From NCBI GenBank assembly GCA_950097015.1, contig CATNEN010000039.1:14508001-14572000 (forward strand): a DNA stretch of 64,000 nucleotides. Direction: 5' to 3'. The translations under genes and the position numbers were made by a program. The notes beneath the pieces are model-generated. The model saw only the letters and a list, made by a program, of their open reading frames with translations. It did not search any database and was not told where the DNA came from. The stretch is from Macrostomum hystrix. Its lineage: Eukaryota; Animalia; Platyhelminthes. Numbering within the stretch: position 1 is the first letter of the stretch; every line of letters begins with the position of its first letter. This document shows, one piece after another, positions 38,543-51,419 of the stretch.

Positions 38543-41289
38543 CCTGGGCTTGAGAATTACTGAAGGTACTCTGGTGTGTTTTTTGAGTCTTTGTACTCTC
38601 AATGAGTCAATGCCATTGTCTTCGTGATTTTTCTTCTATCATAGATTAGTAAATCATAATTTGCTGAATTCTTTAAGCCACTTATATTGTAGAATCTCTT
38701 TTTCAAAATAATTTAATCGGTCCCAGCTCAGTCTTTTATGTCTTAGACAAAACACTTCATGCACTTCGCAGCCTCAGGTGCGCGAACAAAATATACGAGT
38801 ATAAGACATTATAGTAAAAGCACTTACATCTCTATCAGAGCAAGCAGCTGCGCTTTCACTATTGCTAAAAAATCTACTCACAGCAAATCCTGATCGGAAA
38901 TCGCGATTCAAGATTTAAATATAAAGACTGTGCATTATACTCACCTCTCATAAACAATGTCTGATCCGCTATTGAGTTCAACATTATATAAAGCGAAATG
39001 CCACAACACCTTCAATGATTAGTGCAGATGCCTATAATCTCTGTGTACAAAATACAGAGATCATTAAAAGACATTAAAAGACAAAATAACGCGCAAAAAT
39101 TTTGTCTTTTAATGGTTGAATCATTTTTAACATAAATTAATTTGTGGTAATATTTGGTGCGTTTATATGCGCTAATACGCGGGCGGAGTGAAGTAAACAT
39201 TGTAATGTGCATGAAAATTTCAGGCGAGCTCTACTGCTATTTTTTGGTAGCTCAACGAAGTTTGATATGTAAAAAACTCTCGTATCAAAATTGAGTTAAT
39301 AGACTGACTGTGTATGCATGCATCCCAATTATTAGAGGCAGAGTTATGTAGGTGTGTACTGCTATAACTTGTAATTGATAAAAATCCTACTTCTTATAAT
39401 ATTCTAATAAAGTACCACTAAGTAGCCACGCTAAAGACTACTTGAGTTGTCCTTTGATTTTTAGCAGAAAAATTTAATTAGAAGTTTTGCGGTTAAATGT
39501 AAGAAAAATATGTTTAAAACAGTTACCAGCAGTTAGCGTATCATGGATTAATTAGCAGTTGATTACATTTTTACCGGATGTAATCATTTAACTTTATAAT
39601 AAAAGTTAACACTTTATAATTGATAAAACAAAGCAAACACAAAAAACAAAATAATAATTTAGTAATGTCATTATCCCAACGTAAACAAAATAAAACGCTT
39701 CACAAAACTAGCTGCGTCTATCGCCTACGGCAGAGATTAAACAGGCTTACTTATTTAAATGACTCATAAATCCACGTTTTTATTGAGTTAGGGTAGACCT
39801 ATCTATATGCTACGTATGCTACGTGTATAGATTATCAGCGGGATTTAATTTTTTATCCACACTACTCATGCTGCGACTCATCCGTGCAGCCTCTTGTTAC
39901 TTCATGGATCTATTGTAGGAAATGATCCAATTGATTGGTTTGGAGTATAGCACCTTTATTTGTAAAATAACGAGTTTTTGGTTAGCTGTTAGCTCTGTTG
40001 TTACTTGTCAACTGTTAACTGTTAATGTATCTCCTTATGTATACAATCCTATTTGTTAACTGATACTTTGGTTATTTTGTCAGTAGGGCCTATGATTAAT
40101 GCCAGTTTTACAATATGTTTACAATATATTTATTGTTTAAATGGCTGCAAAAATTATGCTCATGCACATCTGCATTTAATTGCACCAAATATTTTATTAT
40201 GTTTTATGTGCCCCCTCCCCAATACAATTTAAATATATGGTATGATTCCTCCACTAAAAACTCTAATGTCTCAGATGTGAAGCTCTTGCACACTTGCAAC
40301 TTACTATTTTACCACATCTTGCTAATGTCTCGCTGCTCTCGCATCTGATAATAAATGTGGAAACTGTGCTAATTTACAGTAGGTTTTGTCCACAATTAAA
40401 AATTAGTTTATTATTCATTTTTATTAAAAACCTTTTTACAATCTAATAATCTTTTTTTTATTTCATTAAAATGCCAATGCCAATTTCCATTTCATTTGTT
40501 AGGCCTAAATTACTTTTTCATTTGAAAAACATGTTGCAACAAAAAACAATGAAATATGAGTTCAAAGTTCTAAGTAGGCCTAGCAAAAGCTGTTTAGAGA
40601 GGGTAATAATGGGCAATCCATAGGGTAAAGTATCATCAACCAAACAGTGTATCTTCAAAACCAAACAATAATTTTGACTTCTTCCTTGGTCTCGTGCAAG
40701 ACAGAAACAAGCTATTGTGTTTCACAGAACAACTAATTTGAAAGTTGAAGAAATTATCTACAAGCTGAGGCATGATGTGCAATGAAGCATTAAGAGGAAA
40801 GAAAGATATTGATGTTTCAGTAGAAATTTTTATTGCAAAAGCATACTTTTAAACAACATTTTTCAGTATATACTTTAGACAAAGATTGTATTGTATGTGG
40901 TTGCTTGCCAATTAAATGACCATAAATGTAGTTATTTATAGAGCATGAAAAATGCTTTCAAATTACATAATTCATGATAGTTCACTCCTTAAAATAAGAT
41001 TAAACCACTCACTCAAATTGTAAAACCAAACATCAAATTCTCTGTTTGGTTTGAAGATACATGAAAATCATTGTTTGGTTTTAGATAAAAAGCAGGAGTA
41101 ACATTTTTTCTATTTGATAAAATAGCTAAAGCAGATACTTTTTAGAAAGATGTAACTGTTTTCTATAACTTGGCTTTTGATTTATCATCATATCTTAAAT
41201 AGAAAATCTGTAGGCCCCTAGCTTAGGTTTGAAGTTAAAAAAATACACATTCTTGTTTGGTTGATGATACATACCAAAATTACCAACTA

Positions 41290-41450
41290 AGAGTATGTTG
41301 CCAATGGTGTTATGTTGGTGCATCTTGCACCACATGAATTCCTTAAGATGTGACTCAAATAGGGCCTTGCTTGTTCTATGCATTGCTCAAAACTTTACCT
41401 TACACTACAGTGTGCCCATGTTCCCTTGATGAGGTTTAAGATTTAGATTT
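41290..41450 (-). pseudogene. Merlin/IS1016 (ISXO2-like) transposase C-terminal relic
   Basis: IKGTWAHC, then a frameshift, then KF*AMHRTSKALFESHLKEFMW; resembles the Merlin pattern IEGxWxxxK...GTSxxLFxSYLxEFxWR. Confidence 0.6.
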
Positions 41451-42295
41451 ACATTCCCAAGTTGTTACACCTTGGTATGATTTTAAAATTAGTTGTTCTG
41501 AGTGTCTAAAGATATCAGTGACCTAAACTGTGATCATTTTTTGTTTCTAATTAAAACATACATTAAAAAATAATTTTACAAAGGAAACTGGTAAATTGCC
41601 TACTTGACTATATGTCATAGGCCTAACTTCTTAGTAAATTCTTTATCCCAATGTTGCCACCAGAGTTGTCCTAGTGATTCTCTCTTTAATTGTCACTCTA
41701 AAGATATAATGTCACCAAAGGTGTCCTAATGGTTAATTTCTATTTTAACTTTATGATTTTCACAATGCCACCAAAGTTGTGGTAGTTCTTGTTTTTAATA
41801 TCTTATAAAAATATTATAGAGGTATTTTTATACTTTATATTTTATATTTTATATTTTATATTTTTATTTTATGTATCGGAGATTACGAACAAATAAGTAT
41901 TGGCCACAACTGCTTGCAGACAATCGGATCCTGAAGGACGTCCTAGGAGTCCAGTGCTGCAACAAATAAAAGGATGTAACATAAAATGTTTTTAAAAAAG
42001 TTGTATGAACGTTTTTCTAGGGCATTTCTACACTCAAGGTGCAACTGTTATTAGAAAGCCTAAAATTCATATTTATATAATATAATATTCATTGCAAATA
42101 CAAATTTCACTTTTGATTTTAGCCATAACTAAAAATGACTACCAATACCTATTTATTACTACCCATAAAAGTACTACAACTGGACCTACAAAAAATAAGC
42201 TAGATTTTTTCACACTAAAATTAGCAAAAACTATTTCTTGCTATTATAGCAATACATTTAAGTTAAAAATACAAGAATTCAATAAATTAAAAATT

Positions 42296-42545
42296 AATGT
42301 AGGTACTCTGATTAGGCCTAGCACCTTTTGATTCAGAAACATGTGTGCCACTATTGTAGCACACATAAACGACTTCGTAGTACTTCAACGCAACCTTTAG
42401 TGTAATTTTTGGGACTCGGCTTTGAGCACTAGAAATAGTGCGTGACTCTCTAATTTTCAATTGTACAAAACATGACTTCCCAAAATCACTAATAGCAGTA
42501 TTTAGGGAGTCGAAAGATTCAAATTGTTGACCGATGAAGAAAAAA
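42296..42545 (-). pseudogene. Mutator/MULE-associated FAR1/ZSWIM3-type N-terminal domain fragment
   Basis: IGQQFESFDSLNTAISDF...FVQLKIRESRTISSA...LKYYEVVYVCYNSG...SKGARPNQST fits the N-terminal DNA-binding domain of invertebrate ZSWIM3/MULE proteins. No downstream DDE core was recognised. Confidence 0.6.
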
Positions 42546-42567
42546 GTAGACACAAGACAACTAGGAT

Positions 42568-44320
42568 CATACATGCATAACCTCCCAAATCTTAGCCGGC
42601 CTTGCGACTTAGTTTTTGCTCTCATTTGCTCTCTTTTTCTCTCCCCTTTTTCCTTTTCTTCACGCTTTCCTTTTTTGTCCCTTGGTCCCCCCTTTGATTT
42701 TTTTGTGCTTGGTCGATTGGTTTTTGCGACTTACCTTGCTTGGCCCTCATTTCACCTGGCCAGTTTGGCCGGGTGTTGCGCATATATGACTAGGATTACT
42801 TAAATCTTGATTGACCGCCCGTTCGTCCAAAGCTGTGCCATTGGCACTGTCAGACATTTTTATGGACCTATTTTAACTTGGCCTAGAATAAAGTGATAGA
42901 CTGGATTATAGACTTAAAAGGCTTGAGCTATAAGATTAGAAAAATACACACTTCAGTTGTATTCTTTTAAATATATAAATAATAGAAATACAAGTATATA
43001 TTTTATATACTTAAAAAAGCCACCGTATTGGGTAATTACTTGCAAAAAAAGCAGAAAACTTTAATTTGTTTACTTGCTTTTAAAAACCAGAAGAAAAAAG
43101 GAAAATTGCAGTCATGATAAAAAGATAGATGATAGGACAGCTATCTCGTCAGTGTGCCGTGCGGATAAGCAGGAAATTATTCCCACGGAATATGTTGAAG
43201 ATAGGACAGCTATCACGTCAGTGTGGCGTGCGGATAAGCAGGAAATTATTCCCACGGAATATGTTGAAGATAGGACAGCTATCTCGTCAGTGTGCCATGC
43301 GGATAAGTAGGAAATTATTCCCATGGAATATGTTGAAGATAGGACAGCTATCTCGTCAGTGTGCTGTGCGGATAAGCAGGAAATTATTCCCACAGTACCA
43401 TAGGAATAAGACAAAAATTATTTATACGGTACCGTGGGGATAAGCACTGCCTTTAATATAATGTCTAACTAATTTCAATATTATTGTTAGAATCAGTCTC
43501 TTAGAATTTGTTTTATATATTTCAAAGAATTTCTTGGTACTGTATTTAGTGTAGTAACATATTTAGGTAGCATATTTAGTTATTCTGGCCAATCCTTTAT
43601 CATATGTATGTATTTCTGAGTATATGCTTTCTGCAGAGCATTACCAATGATCTCAAGTGTATAGCAATACTTTCTACTTCTCTATCTTGAATTCTCTTAG
43701 TATTCCTCTCTGTATGTTTTAAATAAAGAATGAAAAAGCACTTCTGAGTATTGTATATTGAACTTTGTTTCAAACTAGCTTGAACAAGGTTGAGGTTTTG
43801 CCTTGATTTTGCTCCTGTTTTTATACCAAAATGTTTCATTTTAAACAAAATAATTATAGTGCATTTAAACAAATATTTTGTGTTTAAACAAATGTATACA
43901 TTTTCCATGTATTCAAAGAAAATATTTACAAAAGTTTGGGATTTATTGGTTTATTATATTACGTCTATATTATATAAACTGTTACAATTAATAAGAGATT
44001 ACCCTTATTGGATTGATATATAATTACAGTTCTAATGTAATGGAAGTGTTTTACTAGGTAACTCTAGTCCACTGGAGCCATACATGCGCAACCTCCCAAA
44101 TCTTAGCCGGCTGTGCGACTTAGTTTTTGCTCTCATTTGCGACTTAGTTCGTTTCATTGCTCTATTTACAACTTAGTTTGCTCTCATTTGCTCTTTTTTT
44201 TCTCTCCCCTTTTTCCTTTTCTTCATGCCTTCCTTTTTTGTCCCTTGGTCCCCCCCTTTGATTTTTTTGTGCTTGGTCGATTGGTTTTTGCGACTTACCT
44301 TGCTTGGCCCTCGTTTCACT
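42568..44320. repeat. Roughly 190-bp direct repeat pair (42568-42755 and 44079-44320)
   Basis: CATACATGCxxAACCTCCCAAATCTTAGCCGGC...TTACCTTGCTTGGCCCTC; the second copy carries an internal duplication of GCGACTTAGTT..GCTCT. Confidence 0.9.
43128..43395. repeat. 69-bp tandem repeat, about 4 copies
   Basis: Unit GATAGGACAGCTATCTCGTCAGTGTG...GAAATTATTCCCACGGAATATGTTGAA. Confidence 0.93.
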
Positions 44321-44744
44321 GGGTTGACAAAGTTGATAGAATGACCAGGTCATGCCAGTTGTTAATTGAAAAGGAAAATCTAGTGGAGAAAAAGCTATGG
44401 CAATAAAAAATTAAAAGCAGAAAATGCAAGATCGCCAGATTATGATCTTAACTATTTACCTGCTTAAGATTTACCTGAATGTCAAATGTCATGTCAAATG
44501 TCAAATGTCACATGCTCAAATTTCTCCTACTAACATTGATGCATTGATAATCCTTATTGGCTTGTCTTATTACCCAAGCTATGGTGTTTTAAATTAATCC
44601 ATTTTAGCTAGTCAATAAAAAAGCAATATTAGAAGAGACATTCTATGATCTTGTATACACTGACATTTTTGCTAGGTATACTAGTTAAATGTTAATAAAA
44701 TCTTACTTAAAATACATTCACACTCACACAATTTCAGCCTAAAT

Positions 44745-47364
44745 ATGCGTCGAAGATTATACAGCCTATGTTTGCCAGCCTTTAGTGTTGGTCTTTTATT
44801 GCTGTCATTTTTTGTTTATCCCACTACAAGCGACAGGAGCAGCAACATTCTGTCAGCCATGTCTTTTAGAATTTTATCTGACACAGTCTATGTTGCTGAT
44901 AAGTTTGTGGATATTGAGTGCTTAGTTTATCCTAATGTTTTCCCACGCTTCTCTGTAGTGATAGGGAAGGGCGAAAATAGATTAGCAGAAAATGGCGTCT
45001 CCTACGATCTGTCTCCAACAAAGTACACCTTTAAATGGGATGCAGAATCAGAAGAGTCATTGAAATTTACTGTGCGCATTCATCACGTGACCTGGCATGA
45101 CAGGGGCTACTATTATTGTGGCTCTATCAGTAACCACTCGTCTGTGTTTCTCAATGTCACAGGTAACATTGCTTATGCTTGCAGAATGCAACTTGTATAT
45201 GAATCCTTATTCAAATCGGCTTCTATTCTTCACACTCCTGTTATGTAATTCATCTAGATATTTTACTTCTACTTTCAATTATATCTTATCGTCTTGATTT
45301 CCTTTGTATTTTACTTATAGCCCTATCAGCTGGTTTATTTTTAACATGGTTTATTACCCAGCCACCAAGCTCATTCAATCAATCATTGGTCATTACCCAG
45401 CTACCAAGCTCATTCAATCAATCATTGGTCATTACCCAGTCACCAAGCTCATTCAATCAATCATTGGTCATTACCCAGCCACCAAGCTCATTCAATCAAT
45501 CATTGGTCATTACCCAGGCACCAAGCTCATTCAGTCAATCATTGGTCATTACCCAGCCACAAAGCTCATTCAATCAATCATTGGTCATTACCCAGCCACC
45601 AAGCTCATTCAATCAATCATTGGTCATTACCCAGCCACCAAGCTCATTCAATCAATCATTGGTCATTACCCAGCCACAAAGCTCATTCAATCAATCATTG
45701 GTCATTACCCAGTCACCAAGCTCATTCAATCAATCATTGGTCATTACCCAGGCACCAAGCTCATTCAGTCAATCATTGGTCATTACCCAGGCACCAAGCT
45801 CATTCAATCAATAATTGGTCATTACCCAGGCACCAAGCTCATTCAGTCAATCATTGGTCATTACTCAGGCACCAAGCTCATTCAGTCAATCATTGGTCAT
45901 TACTCAGGCACCAAGCTCATTCAGTCAATCATTGGTCATTACCCAGCCACAAAGCTCATTCAATCAATCATTGGTCATTACCCAGCCACAAAGCTCATTC
46001 AATCAATCATTGGTCATTACCCAGCCACCAAGCTCATTCAATCAATCATTGGTCATTACCCAGGCACCAAGCTCATTCAGTCAATCATTGGTCATTACCC
46101 AGCCACAAAGCTCATTCAATCAATCATTGGTCATTACCCAGCCACCAAGCTCATGCAATCAATCATTGGTCATTACCCAGCCACCAAGCTCATTCAATCA
46201 ATCATTGGTCATTACTCAGGCACCAAGCTCATTCAGTCAATCATTGGTCATTACCCAGCCACCAAGCTCATTCAGTCAATCATTGGTTGCACTTTTAGCA
46301 CCACTAAGTCGAGTCGCGTCATTCTCGGGCGCAGTTTCCTCTCTCAACGCGAAGGCCGCTGCCTCCGTCCTGCAACGGCCGGCCAATGGCACCAGACGGT
46401 TTCCCTTGCGGCTGGGCCCGTCGGACGGCCTGGTTCTCACCTGCCGCGTCGGATGCGCCGCGGCGTCGTCACCGGCGCCGACGCTCAGCTTCCGCGCGCT
46501 AGACTGGACGGGTCCGGCGTCAGATGATACGGACAGAGACGTCAGCGCTGAATTCCCAGCATTGCGTCCTCTCACTTTCCACTTGATGTCGTCTTACGCT
46601 GTCGTTAGCAACGCCAGCCGTCGGGTTGGTCGCTGCAGCTCAGGAGGTCGGGAGCTAACTGGGGACGGCAACATGTCAGCAGTTGACGCTCAGCCATCAA
46701 TGTCTTGGCAAGAGGTAGCCCTGCGGCTGAACAACTGCTCACAGATGGGCCTGGACGGCAGGACCCGTTTTATGTGCTCAGCTGGACAGGACTGGAGAAT
46801 TGTCTACGTCAATTGTCCGGGTGAGGCTGCGGACTGAAGACCACGCTATTTTTCCCCTTGGGGGGGGGCGGAGTCCGCCGCCCCCAAACCCCCCCACGGA
46901 AATCTATGGCGAATCCATATTGGTTCAATAAAAAAAAATACACCATAGCCGACATGGTTCCACGAGACACTCCGACAAGAATCGTTGAATGTCTCGACGA
47001 TGCCGATGCTTTATGATTCTGGAAGTTGTTTCATCGGATAGAGCGAAAAATTAAACTTTTTATTCTTGATTTTATGGCGATTGGTTGAATATTTTGGGAG
47101 ATGCTAGGGGTTAACTTTCTCAATTGGCTTCGTTTAGGTTTAAAAATAATAATTGTTTAAAATGTTCCCCCATCCGCAGTGGTGTACCGACACTTTCCTC
47201 TGACGCACAGCGAAATAGCCGCTGTTTCAGTCGGCTCCGTTCTAGGCCTGGCCCTAGTCGGCTTAGGCTTCTACATCTTTCGACGTCGGCCCGAAAACGA
47301 AGGTGGCCTCCGACTTTTTAAAAGCGGGGATTCTAATAGCGGAGTGCGGCCTGCGAATGTCTGA
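44745..47364 (+). CDS. Type I membrane protein with two Ig-like domains, about 374 aa
   Basis: Exons 44745-45162, 46299-46820 and 47180-47364, with both introns phase 1 (typical of Ig exons; 1125 nt). Signal peptide; V-type C...IHHVTWHDRGYYYC; second domain LTCRV...RFMC; TM IAAVSVGSVLGLALVGLGFYIF followed by RRR. Confidence 0.8.
45348..46288. repeat. 39-bp minisatellite (GGTCATTACCCAGCCACCAAGCTCATTCAATCAATCATT)
   Basis: About 24 units ending about 10 bp before the acceptor at 46298. Confidence 0.97.
46850..47100 (+). mobile_element. Fragment of the MITE-like family seen at 9112-10200
   Basis: ATGGCGAATCCATATTGGTT...ATAGCCGACATGGTT...GATTCTGGAAGTT...GAATATTTTGGGA is shared with 9902-10197. 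Confidence 0.7.
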
Positions 47365-47429
47365 TCATCGCTGCTTGGGACTCGATTGTTTAGATTTTCT
47401 GAGATTTAGAAGTGACGTTTACAAATTAC

Positions 47430-48968
47430 TATGACATGACATTCCCAACACCCTGATGTCGATACATGACATGACATTCCCAACACCCTGATGTCGATAC
47501 ATGACATGACATTCTCAACACCCTGATGTCGATACATGACATGACATTCCCAACACCCTGATGTCGATACATGACATGACATTCTCAACACCCTGATGTC
47601 GATACATGACATGACATTCCCAACACCACATGTCGATACATGACATGACATTCCCAACACCACATGTCGATACATGACATGACATTCTCAACACCCTGAT
47701 ATCGATACATGACATGACATTCTCAACACCCTGATGTCGATACATGACATGACATTCCCAACACCCTGATGTCGATACATGACATGACATTCCCGACACC
47801 ACATGTCGATACATGACATGACATTCCCAACACCCTGATGTCGATACATGACATGACATTCCCAACACCCTGATGTCGATACATGACATGACATTCCCAA
47901 CACCCTGATGTCGATACATGACATGACATTCCCAACACCCTGATGTCGATACATGACATGACATTCCCGACACCACATGTCGATACATGACATGACATTC
48001 CCAACACCCTGATGTCGATACATGACATGACATTCCCAACACCCTGATGTCGATACATGACATGACATTCCCAACACCCTGATGTCGATACATGACATGA
48101 CATTCCCAACACCCTGATGTCGATACATGACATGACATTCCCAACACCACCCCCATGTCGATACATGACATGACATTCCCAACACCACCCCCATGTCGAT
48201 ACATGACATGACATTCCCAACACCACCCTCATGTCGATACATGACATGACATTCCCAACACCACCCCCATGTCGATACATGACATGACATTCCCAACACC
48301 ACCCCCATGTCGATACATGACATGACATTTCCGACACCACCCCATGTCGATACATGACATGACATTCCCAACACCACCCCATGTCGATACATGACATGAC
48401 ATTCCCAACACCACCCCATGTCGATACATGACATGACATTCCCAACACCACCCCATGTCGATACATGACATGACATTCCCAACACCACCCCATGTCGATA
48501 CATGACATGACATTCCCAACACCACCCCATGTCGATACATGACATGACATTCCCAACACCACCCCATGTCGATACATGACCTGACATTCCCAACACCACC
48601 CCATGTCGATACATGACATGACATTCCCAACACCACCCCATGTCGATACATGACCTGACATTCCCAACACCACCCCATGTCGATACATGACATGACATTC
48701 CCAACACCACCCCATGTCTATACATGACATGACATTCCCAACACCACCCCATGTCGATACATGACATGACATTCCCAACACCACCCCATGTCGATACATG
48801 ACCTGACATTCCCAACACCACCCCATGTCGATACATGACATGACATTCCCAACACCACCCCATGTCGATACATGACCTGACATTCCCAACACCACCCCAT
48901 GTCGATACATGACATGACATTCCCAACACCACCCCATGTCGATACATGACATGACATTTCCGACATTC
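47430..48968. repeat. 34-38-bp minisatellite (GACATGACATTCCCAACACC[CTG/ACCCC]ATGTCGATACAT)
   Basis: Unit length changes along the array from 35 to 38 to 37 bp. Confidence 0.97.
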
Positions 48969-49519
48969 TTATGTTGATGCATGTCACAGAACTATAGTAA
49001 TGAATTGAATGAGGTAATTTTAGCTTTTTAGCACCAAATGGATTTGCAATTTATCATCTAATTATACAAAATCCTTTCTGTTGGTACACAAAAAGATGAC
49101 TATCGTTTTTTATTTCTTACTTATCCATTTGTCTTCATTAAAGACTGTAAATTGAGGCACTATATCAATATCTGCACTGTACATTTACACTAATTTTCGC
49201 TTTGTAATCATTTCACTTGTAGTACGTAAGTGTATTCAAACTACCCCAATGTAGTTGTTGTTTTTACATTTTCGCCACCTGTATGTACCAAGTATATAGC
49301 TCTATCGAATTATGTAGTCCTAACTATGTTTATTCGCACCTTGTCTTGGTGCATCGTTTAGCAGCTACTTTTTTAATATATTTATTTCTTTGGAGCATTT
49401 TTACATGTTCGTTGTCGAACTTCATTATTATCGTGTGTGTGCGTGTGTGCGTTTTGCTGCGTGATCCAGTTTCATTCAATAAATAAACTATCCCAATGTT
49501 TTTAAAAGCCAATTCACAT

Positions 49520-50580
49520 GACAGTTCCCATAACTTTAGGACAGTTCCCATACCTTCAGGACAGTTCCCACTCCTTCAGGACAGTTCCCATACCTTCAGG
49601 ACAGTTCCCATACCTTCAGGACAGTTCCCATAACTTTAGGACAGTTCCCATACCTTCAGGACAGTTCCCACTCCTTCAGGACAGTTCCCATACCTTCAGG
49701 ACAGTTCCCATAACTTCAGGACAGTTCCCATACCTTCAGGACAGTTCCCATAACTTCAGGACAGTTCCCATACCTTCAGGACAGTTCCCATACCTTCAGG
49801 ACAGTTCCCATAACTTCAAGGCAAGTTCCCATACCGTCAGGACAGTTCCCATACCTTCAGGACAGTTCCCATACCTTCAGGACAGTTCCCATACCTTCAG
49901 GACAGTTCCCATACCTTCAGGACAGTTCCCATACCTTCAGGACAGTTCCCATACCTTCAGGACAGTTCCCATACCGTCAGGACAGTTCCCATACCTTCAG
50001 GACAGTTCCCATACCTTCAGGACAGTTCCCATACCTTCAGGACAGTTCCCATAACTTTAGGACAGTTCCCATACCTTCAGGACAGTTCCCATACCTTCAG
50101 GACAGTTCCCATACCTTCAGGACAGTTCCCACTCCTTCAGGACAGTTCCCATACCTTCAGGACAGTTCCCATAACTTCAGGACAGTTCCCATACCTTCAG
50201 GACAGTTCCCATAACTTCAGGACAGTTCCCATAACTTCAGGACAGTTCCCATAACTTTAGGACAGTTCCCACTCGTTCAGGACAGTTCCCACTCCTTCAG
50301 GACAGTTCCCACTCCTTCAGGACAGTTCCCACTCCTTCAGGACAGTTCCCACTCCTTCAGGACGGTTCCCACTCCTTCAGGACAGTTCCCATAACTTCAG
50401 GACAGTTCCAACTCCTTCAGGACAGTTCCCACTCCTTCAGGACAGTTCCCACTCCTTCAGGACAGTTCCCACTCCTTCAGGACAGTTCCCACTCCTTCAG
50501 GACAGTTCCCACTCCTTCAGGACAGTTCCCACTCCTTCAGGACAGTTCCCACTCCTTCAGGACGGTTCCCATTCCTTCAG
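49520..50580. repeat. 20-bp minisatellite (GGACAGTTCCCATACCTTCA)
   Basis: About 53 units with an ATAC-to-ACTC variant gradient. Confidence 0.97.
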
Positions 50581-51023
50581 AAAGATTCATTCTATTCATT
50601 CGAAAATTCCATTTGGTTGTTGAGTTAATTTTAAAGACGTACAATATTTTTGTCGTCATATTCAAGGCGAACTGTTATTAATTTTTTTCGCTTATGCACG
50701 TGAAACTGTCCATTTTCGGCTTCCTGAACCGAAAATCGCTGTTACGAAATGGCTTAAACTGTTGGTAAGAATTTTTTCTAGCTCGTATTTCGGTGCTAAA
50801 CTGCTACTGTGTGGCAGATATTTTAACTTTCGAATATAAAATTTTTATTATTATTAAAGAGCTTCTCTGCCTTACACTACTTGCAGTAAAATCGCGCGTT
50901 CTTTACAAGTGCTTCATTAAGTATGTTTATTTTGTATAATAATTTTTTTTTCTTTGTGTAGTCCACTATTTTCTGCCAATAAATTCTAGAGGTGCTAAAA
51001 TGTGTTTCAAATGAGTTTTACAG

Positions 51024-51245
51024 TTTAGTGTACATTTGACTCACGACTTAGAAGGTCAGGGGTTCGATTCCCGACTCAATCGGAACAATTTGTGTCTTTT
51101 AGAAAAACACTTGACTATGCATTGCTTCAGATCACCCAGCTGTTAAATGGGTACGAGCATCACCTGCAGGTTATTAAGGGTTGGTGTTGCATCCCCCAAG
51201 TCCATGGACTGAACAGCCGTACCGAGCCTTCGCTGCGCAATGGAG
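51024..51245 (+). mobile_element. SINE family A copy
   Basis: GACTCACGACTT...GGGGTTCGATTCCCGACTC, CACCCAGCTGTTAAATGGGTAC and GTCCATGGACTGAACAGCCGTAC. Confidence 0.8.
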
Positions 51246-51419
51246 CCAATCGGAAGTTATTGCAGATTTGGTTGATAAGCTGCTAGTTGACTTTCGGTAG
51301 ACATTTATTTGATGGATTATGATACTGTTATCCGGTGCGGAGCGGACGTTAAAAGTACAAAACTATTGCACTTGCTAGTTAGTCATTGTGTCGCAGTTGT
51401 TCTTAATGTATTTTTCATG

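Noticed and set aside
45815-46298. 39-bp array in frame with Ig exon 2 as a possible mucin-like stalk
   Set aside because: CAG acceptors within the units are phase 0 or 2, incompatible with the phase-1 donor of exon 1, and the frame has a stop just before 45815.
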